A stretch of DNA of 64,000 nucleotides from Eledone cirrhosa (lineage: Eukaryota): assembly GCA_964016885.1 (NCBI GenBank), contig OZ024750.1, positions 28,210,001 through 28,274,000 of the forward strand, written 5' to 3'. The notes beneath the pieces were generated by a model, which worked only from the letters and a program-made list of their open reading frames with translations, made no database searches and was not told the DNA's origin. This document shows positions 1-13,620 of this stretch, piece by piece. The number at the start of each line of letters is the position of its first letter. Positions within the stretch are counted from its first letter, which is position 1. The position numbers were made by a program, and so were the translations under genes.

Positions 1-530
1 ACCACCATCACCACTATCACACACCACCACCGCCAACAACACTATCACTACCAACACCAACACTACCATCACCATCACCAGTAATACCGCCATCAATACC
101 ACCACCACCACCATCACCACTATCACACACCACCACCACCACCACCACCACTATCACACACCACCACCACCACCACCACCACCACTATCACACACCACCA
201 CCACCACCACCACTATCACACACCACCACCACCACCACCACTATCACACACCACTATCAACACTACCATCACCATCACCAGTAATACCGCCATCAATACC
301 ACCATCACCACCATCACCACTATCACACACCACCAGTACTACCACCAACACCAGCAACACCACCACCATCACCACCACTACCAACACCACCACCAAGACA
401 AGCACCACTATCATCATCATCATCACTGTGCCCTTCATCAACTTTGCTCTTTCCCCTGACAGCACTTGTACTGACTAACAGTTCCCCACCCCAAACTAAA
501 GACACCACCATAACTATCACTACTACTGTT
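1..530. repeat. Degenerate (ACC)n/(ATC)n trinucleotide tract
   Basis: Runs of accacc with recurring cactatcacaca interruptions. Confidence 0.95.
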
Positions 531-564
531 GCTGTTGCTATTGTGTAAAACTTTACTTTCTGCC

Positions 565-567
<3 letters not shown>

Positions 568-623
<56 letters not shown>

Positions 624-682
624 TCACTCACTCACTCACTCACTCACTCACTCACTCACTCACTCACTCACTCACTCACACG

Positions 683-717
<35 letters not shown>

Positions 718-790
718 TCACTCACTCACTCACTCACTCACTCACTCACTCACTCACTCACTCACGTTCACACACACGTTCACACACACG

Positions 791-825
<35 letters not shown>

Positions 826-968
826 TCACTCACTCACTCACTCACTCACTCACTCACTCACACACGTTCACACACACGTTCACACACACACACACACACA
901 CTCACTCACTCACTCACTCACTCACTCACTCACTCACTCACTCACTCACGTTCACACACACACACACG

Positions 969-1009
<41 letters not shown>

Positions 1010-1078
1010 TCACTCACTCACTCACTCACTCACTCACTCACTCACTCACTCACTCACTCACACACGTTCACACACACG

Positions 1079-1113
<35 letters not shown>

Positions 1114-1194
1114 TCACTCACTCACTCACTCACTCACTCACTCACGTTCACACACACGTTCACACACACGTTCACACACACGTTCACACACACG

Positions 1195-1265
<71 letters not shown>
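568..1265. repeat. Compound (CA)n/(CACT)n/(CACACACGTT)n microsatellite ending in (TA)n
   Basis: Directly visible; explains the spurious TH/SL-repeat ORF 529..1293. Confidence 0.97.
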
Positions 1266-1455
1266 CAAAAGATTCAGGGCCCCCGACGGCTGAGCTCCGG
1301 CCGTTTCGACAGCTAGATCCGAACTAATGCGCTTTGGTTCGGATCTAGCTCAGCCGTCGGGGTCCTGAATCTTTTCATATTACCCACTCTACTATCCCAA
1401 ATATCGAGTACTCTGGTGGGTTATGGTCTAGCTGGCTTTTACCTCACCCTATCTG
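1266..1455 (+). mobile_element. Palindromic Penelope-like pLTR remnant (family A) with the 3' half of a hammerhead
   Basis: Inverted arms aaaagattcagggcccccgacggctgagct / agctcagccgtcggggtcctgaatctttt. The minus strand reads GAAA-CGGC..GCCG-UC-GGGG (stem III, GUC). Homologous to 8147, 40605, 50578, 58186, 58316 and 59533. Flanked by (TA)n. Confidence 0.65.
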
Positions 1456-1472
1456 ATATATATATTGTTGTA

Positions 1473-1572
1473 ATAATTGTTTCTACTTTTGGCACAAGGC
1501 CAGCAATAACCCAGTGTATTACTGGTACTTTATTTTATCGACCCCATAAGTATGAAAGGCAAAGTAAACCTT
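1473..1572 (-). mobile_element. SINE family 1, 5'-truncated
   Basis: Reverse complement of ...gtcgataaaataaagtaccag..gctggccttgtgccaaaagtagaaacaatta. Confidence 0.9.
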
Positions 1573-1737
1573 ATTTATCTAGGTGATTTCTACGGACTAT
1601 GGTGAAGAAAAATTGGGTATATTTTATATAATAATTCTTCAAACTTGCAATTTTAAATATAGCACTGATTAATAATTATTTGCTTAATTAAATTTTTCAT
1701 TGAAACACACCGTGAATGGTAGCCACACTCATATATG

Positions 1738-1783
1738 TTAGGGTTATGGTTATGGTTAGGGTTAGGGTTAGGGTTAGGGTTAG
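1738..1783 (+). repeat. Short interstitial (TTAGGG)n tract
   Basis: ttaggg/ttatgg units bracketed by a direct repeat gtagccacactcat.tatgttagg. Confidence 0.85.
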
Positions 1784-2001
1784 TGTAGCCACACTCATTT
1801 ATGTTAGGTTGTTTACCAATGGGTAGAACTGATGGGCCGGGCTGGTAAACGATGATGCAACAAATAAGGCAAGGGTGTGTGTGTGTGTGTCTCAAGAGCG
1901 TGAAACTAATAAACCTTTGTTTGTACTGCCTCTCTGTTTTTGTTTCCGTTCCAATTTTCACTATATATATATATAAATATATATATACACACACACCCTT
2001 C

Positions 2002-2038
<37 letters not shown>

Positions 2039-2149
2039 CACACACACACACATGTATATATGTATACATGTGTGTGTGTGTGTGTGAATATATATATGTC
2101 TTTGAATACATATATATATATATACACACACACACACCTCCCTTATATA

Positions 2150-2189
<40 letters not shown>

Positions 2190-2249
2190 CACACACACAC
2201 ATGTATATATGTATACATGTGTGTGTGTGTGAATATATATATGTCTTTG

Positions 2250-2303
<54 letters not shown>

Positions 2304-2399
2304 TCCCGTGCCAGATGTTTGACATGTGGTTCAGGTCTAAAGTAACACAGGAAACACCTGATGACCGAATCCCAGAATTACTTTTTTTTATTTTATCAT

Positions 2400-2560
2400 T
2401 TTTACCTTTCCCAGCCTGTTTCTCTTTCTTCTTTGATATTCAAATTTCCCGCCGCACCAGAACAATAGCCAATCAAAACAGGTTTTTACACAGTTGTCCG
2501 CTGGGGCCTCGGGCCGGCTAGTACACCGGAGCTGTGGGGCGGCCAGTACGTGGGCCCACA
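2400..2560 (-). promoter_or_regulatory. Candidate Pol II promoter with E2F/CDE-CHR and CCAAT motifs
   Basis: Minus strand GGCGGGAAA-TTTGAA (2439-2453), AGCCAATCA at 2467-2475, GC/CpG-rich patch 2495-2560, and donor-like AAG|GTAAAA near 2405. Confidence 0.4.
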
Positions 2561-2576
2561 TTTGCTTATAATGGGT

Positions 2577-2965
2577 TCTTCTATAGACACAAGGCCAGCA
2601 ATTTGGGGGAGGGGGAAGTCGATTAAATCTTGATTTTATCGACCCCGTAAGGATGAAAGGCAAAGTTAACCTCGGCGGGATTTCAACTCAGATCATAAAG
2701 GGCCGTAACTCTATGCTGCAAAGTATGGCGTCCGACCCTCTACTGATACTGCCAATCCACCTTGCTCATAATAATTCTTTCTACTTTTGGCACAAGGCCA
2801 GCAAATTACCCAGTACATTGCTGGTACTTCATTTTATCGACCCCGTAAGGATGAAAATCAAAGTTAACCTCGGCGGGAGTTGAACTCAGATCATAAAGGG
2901 ACGTAACTCTATGCTTCAAAGCATGGTGTTCGACCCTCTTCTGATACTGCCAATCCACCTTGCTC
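2577..2965 (-). mobile_element. Two tandem SINE family 1 copies
   Basis: Two ~190-bp copies, each with A-box TGGCAGTATC and B-box GAGTT(C/G)AA..CC on the minus strand. Confidence 0.92.
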
Positions 2966-3059
2966 ATAATAATGAGAGATGAGGAGAGCGGGAGAGACGG
3001 CGGCAGTGACAGTGGGAGTTTGGTTTCTTTGTGTTCGGACCTGCTATATATATATATAT

Positions 3060-3183
<124 letters not shown>

Positions 3184-3246
3184 CACGGACATACAATCAC
3201 ACTAACGTAGTATTGTTAAAGTCTGTCTGTTCTATTAGTAAGATAT

Positions 3247-3452
3247 TTGGATTGGCAGTATCGGTAGAGCGTCGGAAAAAAGGCTTTGTGGCATAGGGTT
3301 ATGGCCCTTTGCGTTCTGAGTTCAAATCCCGCCATGGTTAGCTTTGCCTTTCATCGATAAATAAAGTACCAGTAATGCACTGGGGTCAATTTAATCGACT
3401 TTCCCCTCTCCTTCAAATTGCTGGCCCTGTGCCTAAAGTAGAAACAATTATT
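3247..3452 (+). mobile_element. SINE family 1
   Basis: ggattggcagtatcggtagag...gagttcaaatcccgcc...gaaacaatta. Confidence 0.9.
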
Positions 3453-3689
3453 TCTTTAGTTATGGTATTTTAATGAACATTAAACTGGTTACTCTTATTC
3501 ATTTGATGTTATAGAGATGAATTAGCAGAATCTGTAGAGCGGCGAACAAAATTCTTTGCGGTGTCTAATTATGCCTCTCTTTACATAGTGAATTCATATA
3601 TCGCCAATCAAGTTTGGCTTTTATTCCTCTGTACTCCATAAAGTACCAGTCATATACTAGGGTCTATTGCACTAGTTATTCCTCATCAT

Positions 3690-4154
3690 CAGTTTTAGGT
3701 CTCTTTTTTTACATTCCACGTTTGCCTGGGTTGAACGAATCCTCTCCAGTAGACCTCCCTCTATTTATTATGTTTTTTCCTTATCTCGTCTGTGAGATTC
3801 AGTATTTTCAGGTCACCTCGCACCACTTCTGTCCAGATTTCCTTGGTCTTCTTCCCCTTATACAGTTTCCCTTCAACTTTGAACTCCTGAAACTTCTTCA
3901 TTCAACAATTATCATCCATACGCATCACGTGACCTGTACCCGTGCCATCTTCTGTCTTGTACACTTCATCTGATTACATTTATACCCAGGTATCCTTCTA
4001 CTCATATGTACTTCATCGTTCATGCTCACACTAACACCAAACAATCAGCGGTACTTGGTAGCTTTCTTTCCATTTTCACATTTCCTCTACTTTCAATATC
4101 CATGTCTCACTTACGTTGCATTTCGCACGTAGGCATCATATAATCTTCTCTTCT

Positions 4155-4206
<52 letters not shown>

Positions 4207-4370
4207 CTTTGTTATCAACAGAGGTATTAACTCCCGGAACTTTCTTCACCCTGTTCTTATTCTGTCTATTATGTTTGTGGAGAACACTGCTCCACTGCTA
4301 ATTTGGTCACTTAGGTAAAAGAAACTGACAACCATTTCTATGGAACTTCCGTTAGTTTAGAAATAATTTA
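3690..4370 (-). mobile_element. RTE-clade LINE 3' fragment, decayed, with an internal (GA)n tract
   Basis: Minus-strand translation gives frameshifted YLSDQISSG..IIDRIRTG*RKFRELIPLL and GHVMRMDDNC..FKVEGKLYKGRRPRK, typical of the RTE ORF C-terminus. Confidence 0.85.
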
Positions 4371-4734
4371 TTTCAGGGCTGTTCTTACTACTATTTACAT
4401 CAGATAAGCATAAAATCTATTTTTGTCTATAAGCCTCTCTATGACCCAATACAGTTCACATTGGATGTACTGATGAAGTATCTCTAAATGTGTGTCCTGG
4501 TTGTAACATGAGAAATTATTGCATCAAAAAATAACATTGAAGTAACAAGAAACAGTGTATTGTTGGAACGTTGTCTGAGGGTAATCTGATGATACAATAA
4601 TTACATTGTTTTCAAAGCTTTAAGCTTCTGGCTGGGACGTTGTATTACAATTACTCCTTTGCGTATGCTCCAAACGAAATTGTTGAGCAAATTGTAAACA
4701 ATGAGATCGAAATCACTGGATATCGATCTACACC

Positions 4735-5490
<756 letters not shown>

Positions 5491-6681
5491 TTATGTATTT
5501 GAGTACTCAGGCTTGTTGTATAGGAAAAATATAACTATCTGATATGTATAAAACCACTAAAGCCTCCCTTTATCCCCCAAAAAGTGTGATGCCTTACTCT
5601 TGTGAACGAAATTAATATTACACCAAGAGTGCTTAAGTGGCAGAAACATTTAAGGCGTTGGAAAAAATACTTTGCAGTATATGATCACGACTTTCTATAT
5701 TCTAGGTTTGAATAATGTGGTCAACTTAGCTTCTCACTTTTCCGAGAAGATGAAATATATCACCAGTTAAATACTGGGGTCTATATAATCGACTTTCTCT
5801 TTCTCCTAAATTGCTGGCATTGTGCCAATATCAGAAAGAATTATAACCAGTGGTGGATAACATTTAGTCACGTCTCTTTACAGGTTTGGATTCAAATCTC
5901 GCTGGGGCGATCTTTGTTTTGCAAATCATAACATAAGTAGCACTCAACGTTAAAAGGTAGATTTAATGGCTTTCTTCCTCTTAGACATGATTATCATTAT
6001 AACATTATATGAAACAGAAATAAAAATAGTAAAAAATATAGAAGGAAATGACCATTGTTATATAATGCAGTTTGAATCCATGAAATTTGGTGTCTTATAA
6101 TTAATTATCATCCCAACCTTCTTAATTTTACCCACGAGAAAATGAACAAATGAATAATTAGATTGCAACATACATGTAAGTAGCTTTGTTCAGAGTCGAA
6201 CATGAAAGACCGCTATGGTCGCTACGAAAAATAAAATAATGCAAAGAAGAAATAAAAACAAAGGCAAACAAAAGATCACTTCAGAAGTTAGTTTGTTTCC
6301 CAAACTCCAATTATTCGTTAAAAATTTAAATTTGTTGCCACACTTGCCAACCATCTGTGATATAATGTGACATCGCAGCTGGCCTACTTGAAAAGGTGAG
6401 ATTATAGATTGCAGAGCTGCAGTTAATGTAATAGTTTCTAACAATGTTCAGTATCGCTGACAAAGCGATTTATTTATAATTAATTGCCCCATCCAATTAA
6501 GGTTAAATAGAAATAATTATGTAGATAGTTTGAGCATTGATTAATCGTCAAATAATTTGTTAGGTTGAGGAGTTGGGCTCGAAGGGAGATATATATCAAT
6601 ATCAGTTATATTACCGATCTTTCGTTATGAACCTAGACAAAGCCAGCCCTAGTTCATTAAAACAAAATTATCTATCTTAGG

Positions 6682-6845
6682 AACGATCGACTTTCATCAA
6701 ATCGGACCGAGGAAACAACGTTTCCATTGGTCTTTCCAATTACTAATACTATCTATCGGTCGCAACTCCAGGTAGAAGGAGCAACGTGAAATAAAATGTC
6801 TTGGTCAAGGACATAACGCATCGCCCGGTCTGGGAATCGAACTAT
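6682..6845 (-). mobile_element. SINE family 2, 5'-truncated
   Basis: Reverse complement of the 14249-14470 element. Confidence 0.9.
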
Positions 6846-7157
6846 CTTAAAGGGTTCATATTTAAATTAAAATCTTTCAACATAATGATTATATATTCAG
6901 CTCCTATCGTAGTAATGAAATAACTAATAACATTTTTAAAACTCTCATAATTATATAAGTAACACTATTTTGAAGAACTAATTGTTATTACGTGAATGCT
7001 TGTAGGAGGATCGTACCAATCTTACTACCATCTAGTGGATTAAATTTAATATAAAGAAACTATAGAAGCCATTGGTTTGTTTTTGAGGGGTTCTTTTTTT
7101 TTTTCTTTTTTTTCCGTTCTTTCCTCTTCTCACACTTTATCTTTCTATTTCATTCTA

Positions 7158-7193
7158 TCTTCTGATGAAGGACTTGTATCCGAAACGTTAAGA
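7158..7193 (+). ncRNA. Minimal type I hammerhead ribozyme (Penelope-type, family H)
   Basis: UCUU-CUGAUGA-A-GGA(cuugua)UCC-GAAAC-GUU-AAGA: stem I UCUU/AAGA and loopless palindromic stem III. Decayed relatives at 52580-52700 (+) and 50650-50745 (-). Confidence 0.7.
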
Positions 7194-7883
7194 CACTTTT
7201 CCTATTACTTCAAGCGTTAAATAAATATATTATCTCACTGTATTATGTTGTTTGCTTTGTTTGCTTTTTTCTGTTTACTTTTTACACATACACACACACG
7301 TGTGTGTGTGTGTGTCTGTGTGTATGTCTATGTGTGTGCATGTGTGTGTGTGTATGTGCGTGTGTGTGTTTGTGTGTGAATGCGCGTGTGTGTGCGTGTG
7401 TGTGTGTGTGTGTGTAAAACGTTCAACCGTCAAAAAAAGAAATATAATTTAAAGTTATAAATATTAATTTTTCCTCTTTCCTGCTGTTGCCCATTCTCTA
7501 CAATTTCAACCGTAGAAACAAACAAACAAACGAAAAAAAAAAAAAAAAAAAAACGCAAACACAAACAACAACAACAACAACAATCCAACATATAAACGAA
7601 AACAGCCGCCATTGTATAATGTATATTTCCCCTGCCCTTTCTATCATCGATAGATGGGAAACACCCTAAGATAAAAAAAAAAAAACGAGTTCAAATTTAT
7701 TGAACGCGAAGACTTAAAGCCTTTTCACCCGACCAAAACAAAAGACCACTCGAAACTAACGGACACAAAGAACACATACACTTATTCACACACACACATA
7801 TATGCACACACACACACATATATGCACACACACACTCAGATGCTCACACACATACACACTCAGTCGGTCACATATTGACGCAC

Positions 7884-7914
<31 letters not shown>

Positions 7915-8072
7915 CATATATGCATGCACACACACCATACGAACAGATATATGTATATACATATATATATATATACACATATGCATACACACACAGATGT
8001 ACGTATATACGTATATATATATATATATATACGTACATATATTGATATACACACACCACACGCACGCATACA

Positions 8073-8139
<67 letters not shown>

Positions 8140-8146
8140 GAAAAAA

Positions 8147-8304
8147 TATGACCCCGACGGCAGAGCTCAAGCCGTTTCGACAAAATAGCCGGCTTGAGCT
8201 CTGCCCTCGGGGTCATACTTTTCCCTATTACCCACTCTACTACCCTAAGTGTTGAGTACTCTGGTGCGTTATGGTCCATCTGGTTCCTTACCACATTTCC
8301 TTTG

Positions 8305-8306
<2 letters not shown>
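8147..8306 (+). mobile_element. Family A palindromic pLTR remnant within (TA)n
   Basis: tatgaccccgacggcagagctcaagccg / cggcttgagctctgccctcggggtcata arms plus the shared tail ctggtgcgttatggtcc..ggttccttaccacatttcc. Confidence 0.7.
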
Positions 8307-8361
<55 letters not shown>

Positions 8362-8373
8362 AATATATATATG

Positions 8374-8478
<105 letters not shown>

Positions 8479-8576
8479 ATATATATATGTATATAAATAT
8501 ATATATGTATACAAATATATATATATATATAATGGAATACTGTTGGCTTTTTGCTACAATGTTTTCTATACCTTTC

Positions 8577-8634
<58 letters not shown>

Positions 8635-8670
8635 GTATACAAATATAAATATATACACACATATATATAT

Positions 8671-8812
<142 letters not shown>

Positions 8813-8831
8813 CAAATATATATATATATAT

Positions 8832-8976
<145 letters not shown>

Positions 8977-8977
8977 T

Positions 8978-9112
<135 letters not shown>

Positions 9113-9367
9113 AAACGACAGAGAGGGAGAGAGAGAGGTACATGTAAACAGCCGGTTCTCGAGGCACACGCTCCGCACGCGACTGCCTCCTTTCTAACTT
9201 AACACTATTCTCTCCTCTCACTACCACCAGCCATTAGTTCCCTTCCTTCCTTCCCCCAACTTAGTTTTTTTTCCACCGATTCTTTCATCGGCTTCCATTT
9301 ATTCCCCTTATCAATTCTATACAAAATGGCGTGTGTCGTTCACTTCATTGTTTTCAATGAATTATAT

Positions 9368-9531
9368 ATCGGTAGAGGGTTGGACGCCATGCTTTCTAGC
9401 ATAGTTACGTCCCTTTACAGTCTGAGTTCAAATCCCGCCGAGGTTAACTTTGCCTTTCATCCTTACGGGGTCGATAAAATAAAGTACCAGTAATGTACTG
9501 GGTGTTTGCTGGCCTTGTGCCTAAAGTAGAA

Positions 9532-9535
<4 letters not shown>
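9368..9535 (+). mobile_element. SINE family 1
   Basis: Near full-length match to other copies. Confidence 0.92.
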
Positions 9536-9581
<46 letters not shown>

Positions 9582-9651
9582 ATAATATATATATATACAA
9601 TAATTTTTTATTTTTAAGCTTGTTGAATCCCAACAAATTAAATATAACCTC

Positions 9652-9692
<41 letters not shown>

Positions 9693-9804
9693 TTATACAT
9701 ACATATATATATACATATATATATATATGTGTATGTGTGTGTGCGTGTGTATATGTACATTATATTTAAATGCTTTAATATTAATCATTGTTTAAACTTA
9801 CGTT

Positions 9805-9850
<46 letters not shown>

Positions 9851-9948
9851 GGTTATATTTAATTTGTTGGGATCCAGGCACCTCCAACCGTTAAGGTTGT
9901 CTCTTTTCAGGGTATGTCAATATTTATTTATAAAGCTAATCTGTATTG

Positions 9949-10014
9949 TATTTTATCTGATGAAAGCGCACCATAATTTTCCTTGGTGGCCCTTGAAATA
10001 TGTATAATAAAATA
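9949..10014 (+). ncRNA. Type I hammerhead ribozyme (family E)
   Basis: UAUUUUAU-CUGAUGA-AAG.CACCA(loop)UGGUG.CUU-GAAA-UAUGUA-UA-AUAAAAUA. Stem I is a perfect 8 bp; predicted cut after 10006. Followed by AATAAA. Confidence 0.75.
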
Positions 10015-10052
10015 AATATGGTTTTATAAATATAGTTTCCATTTGTTAATAT

Positions 10053-10164
<112 letters not shown>

Positions 10165-10165
10165 T

Positions 10166-10320
10166 GAGTCCCGAGTTCAATCGGGCGTAACCACAGTAAG
10201 TAAGGTACTCAATATATTAGTAGTGTGTAAATATCATGTTTAATATAGAAATGGCTTCTACAGGACTAGAACTGTTTCATTCAAAAGAAATCACCAGGAA
10301 AGCCATTTCTATATTAAACA
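10166..10320 (-). mobile_element. Family B pLTR-like element with a mutated hammerhead (CUGGUGA)
   Basis: Minus strand UGGCUUUC-CUGGUGA-UUUC(uuuu)GAAU-GAAA-CAG..CUG-UA-GAAGCCA; terminal inverted aatatagaaatggctt. Confidence 0.7.
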
Positions 10321-10323
10321 TTA

Positions 10324-10362
<39 letters not shown>

Positions 10363-10369
10363 TCTACGA

Positions 10370-10750
10370 TTTCACAGAACTTATGTTTACCGAATTCGCA
10401 GACCAGACCCCTTCTTCCCCCCGTTAGACCTGTGCGAAATTCTTTCCTTGCTCACATTTCAACCAGGTTTGATGGTCTTTATTCTCTCGTTCACGATTTC
10501 ACCGAATTTAAATTCATAGAAATCTGGGACTTGTCTCTTTCTTCATCACTTTCTGTTGCTTAAACCATTTTGTTTGTTTACCCTCGCGTCCCCTTTATTT
10601 ACGTGTCCCAACGACTTTTTTTAGCCGTTGCTCGCACCAACCGGAGGTATATGGTCTTTAAAGCGATGAAATGCCTATGATGGTTGGAAGATCACTGATG
10701 AAGGACAAACTTTTTCATATGTAAAGCATTTGCAACGCCGCAGCTCCATT
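10370..10750 (+). mobile_element. Family F interspersed repeat, possibly Penelope-like
   Basis: Homologous to 44532-45262 (gctcgcaccaaccggaggtatatggtctttaaagcgatgaaat...cactgatgaaggac). Flanked by (TA)n. Confidence 0.6.
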
Positions 10751-10813
10751 ATTATTATCATATATATATATATATATTCCCTTTTTGCATCTCTCTGTTT
10801 TAAGTAAGTGTTC

Positions 10814-10854
<41 letters not shown>

Positions 10855-11499
10855 GGTGGTAACACTTCCTTTAATTAAATTAAATATTTCATTACACGGA
10901 TCTTTATTAACCCGAATGAACAGATCACAGGCACACTGATAAATATAAACACACACACACACATATATACACACATTTGTGCGTGTGTGTGTGTGTGCGA
11001 GTGTATATGTGAGTGTGTATATGCATGTTTGTGTGTTCGTATATATGTCTGTCTGTAGTTTTTCTCACTCTATCTGTTCTTATCTCTGTCTACATTTGTG
11101 AATATTTGTATATTTATATCCGTGTAAGATATAAATGCATTATGCCAATTTTTGTTTTTATCTATGTCTTTCACAAAATATATAAGATATGTATTTGATA
11201 AATTCTAAACATTATCTGTTACGTTACACGCTTCTGCTATCAAATGAAGTACAGTATAAAATGAAGAGCAGGCAGCTGCTTTTTATCTGTGCAGTCTGAT
11301 AGTAAGCCCTTTTTTTTTTACTTACAAAGTGTGGGCATCGAGGAAGAATAAGAATAAATATTGAAATGAATGCTTAAGTGTTTCACTGACCAGTATTAAA
11401 TGACACGGAGAGGACAACTTTAAGCTTCATCATTTTGGATTCGATAAAACCCTTAGCATCTACGATAAATAAGTTCAACTGGCTCCCTACGAGGCTGTG

Positions 11500-11760
11500 T
11501 TTTTTTGTTTTTTTTTTTATCATTCCCAGAGCACCTATAATTATAGGTATTATTTCTGTCTTCAACATCCACAGTCGGGTTATTTCTGTCTCTAGATCTT
11601 TATATTTAGATAGTTTCTCCTTTTCCTTGGTAGAAATGTTGCTGTTAGTTGGGATTGATACATCAATCAGAAGACTTTTTTTTCTTTGTAGTCTTCGACT
11701 ATAATGTCTGGTCGATTGGCTTGGCTCTACCTGTCTGTATGTATTGGCATATGTCAGAGA
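11500..11760 (-). mobile_element. R4/Dong-like non-LTR retrotransposon fragment (restriction-like endonuclease domain)
   Basis: Minus strand MPIHTDR..ANRPDIIVEDYKEKKSLLIDVSIPTNSNISTKEKEKLSKYKDLETEITRLWMLKTEIIPIIIGALG: the RLE PD..D..K..KY motif. Confidence 0.85.
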
Positions 11761-11906
11761 ATAGGCTGCATGTGTGTTTTCATGATAGGGTCGCCAGTGC
11801 TGTTTTAAAAAGTTGTCAGTCCAACACCCTAACCATTAAGCTACGTATCTTCTTGTCTCCAAAATCAATTTCACAATTTCTTCTCCTATCTATCTACCTA
11901 TCTATA

Positions 11907-11991
11907 AGACGGATTCGAACCATCGACCTAAGTACGACAACCTCGTATAAAAAACTACAGTCCTACGGTCTACCAACTGAGCCATCTGGTG
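11907..11991 (-). pseudogene. tRNA-Tyr(GTA)-like pseudogene retaining an intron
   Basis: Minus strand CACCAGATGGCTCAGTTGGTAGACCGTAGGACTGTAG-[~20 nt]-TACTTAGGTCGATGGTTCGAATCCGTCT. The 3' acceptor strand is truncated and the intron contains T6. Confidence 0.75.
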
Positions 11992-12356
11992 ACTTGTTGC
12001 TTGCCACCGTATTTAACATGGAATATATGTATTAGGAAAGTGCGAATGAAATTGGATTTCATTAGTTCAGTTCAACCTTGATTAAGAATATATTTGTTAA
12101 TTAATATTGTAGCCATTATGCCTAACATGTATATCTTTTTACACAGAGATTATAGAAATTCATTATTCAATATGGTTTTCTCTTTTAAACGTATAGGTAG
12201 TAATAATAGGGTGATGTATAAGATATTTCTAGGAGAGTATTCATCGTTGACTTATGAAGTCATGGTTAAAGTTGATTAAAGCATTGGAGAAAGAGTCTGT
12301 ATGTATTACTATACTCAAAATATAAAACAAAAATAATTATACAAAAGAATGAACTC

Positions 12357-13292
12357 CATAGATAATGAACACAAGATGAACACAATAGATAATGAACACA
12401 AGATGAACACAAGATGAACACAATAGATAATGAACACAAGATGAACACAATAGATAATGAACACAAGATGAACACAAGATGAACACAATAGATAATGAAC
12501 ACAAGATGAACACAATAGATAATGAACACAAGATGAACACAAGATGAACACAATAGATAATGAACACAAGATGAACACAATAGATAATGAACACAAGATG
12601 AACACAAGATGAACACAATAGATAATGAACACAAGATGAACACAATAGATAATGAACACAAGATGAACACAATAGATAATGAACACAAGATGAACACAAG
12701 ATGAACACAATAGATAATGAACACAAGATGAACACAAGATGAACACAATAGATAATGAACACAAGATGAACACAATAGATAATGAACACAAGATGAACAC
12801 AAGATGAACACAATAGATAATGAACACAAGATGAACACAATAGATAATGAACACAAGATGAACACAATAGATAATGAACACAAGATGAACACAAGATGAA
12901 CACAATAGATAATGAACACAAGATGAACACAATAGATAATGAACACAAGATGAACACAAGATGAACACAATAGATAATGAACACAAGATGAACACAATAG
13001 ATAATGAACACAAGATGAACACAAGATGAACACAATAGATAATGAACACAAGATGAACACAATAGATAATGAACACAAGATGAACACAATAGATAATGAA
13101 CACAAGATGAACACAATAGATAATGAACACAAGATGAACACAAGATGAACACAATAGATAATGAACACAAGATGAACACAATAGATAATGAACACAAGAT
13201 GAACACAATAGATAATGAACACAAGATGAACACAATAGATAATAAACACAAGATGAACACAATAGATAATAAAACAATAGATAATGAACACA
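12357..13292. repeat. Minisatellite of 16-bp (aatagataatgaacac) and 11-bp (aagatgaacac) modules, giving 27- and 38-bp units
   Basis: Directly visible; source of the spurious ORFs 12266-13615. Confidence 0.97.
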
Positions 13293-13620
13293 ACCACAAG
13301 GATATGGTCCGAACGTGGAAGGGCCGAACTCCCACTGTCATCGCCTCCATCTTTTTCACCTTCCGCATCTCTCTGTATAGTGAGAAAATGGGGTCCCACG
13401 TGATGGCTTCCCCACAGCCCCGGCGGACAGAATGGAGAAGGCGTTTCCCCGGAGGATGGTAAGGGGGATGCGCTGGAAGAACCAGACATGCGCTGGAAGA
13501 GCCATTCCAACTCGCGAGGCTCACACCTGCGGCTGGCCAGCTCAGTGCCTATGGTGGTGAGTAGGGAGGTAGCCCTAGGACCGAGGACACCAGAAGTCTC
13601 CACTGCCAACGGCACGACGA
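13293..13620 (-). mobile_element. CRE-like non-LTR retrotransposon 3' fragment (RLE C-terminus)
   Basis: VPLAVETSGVLGPRATSLLTTIGTELASRRCEPRELEWLFQRMS, then a local duplication and IPLTILRGNAFSILS in another frame. Confidence 0.8.

Noticed and set aside
6190-6444. Possible exon ending AAG|GTGAGA near 6394
   Set aside because: No clear acceptor, reading frame or homology.
10668-10710. Type II hammerhead in family F (GAAAU..CUGAUGA order)
   Set aside because: Stems I and II need several bulges and the pairing is not consistent among the three copies.
12266-13615. 449-aa ORF as a membrane or Cys-rich protein
   Set aside because: Only ~45 N-terminal residues are a retrotransposon relic; the rest is out of frame or minisatellite.
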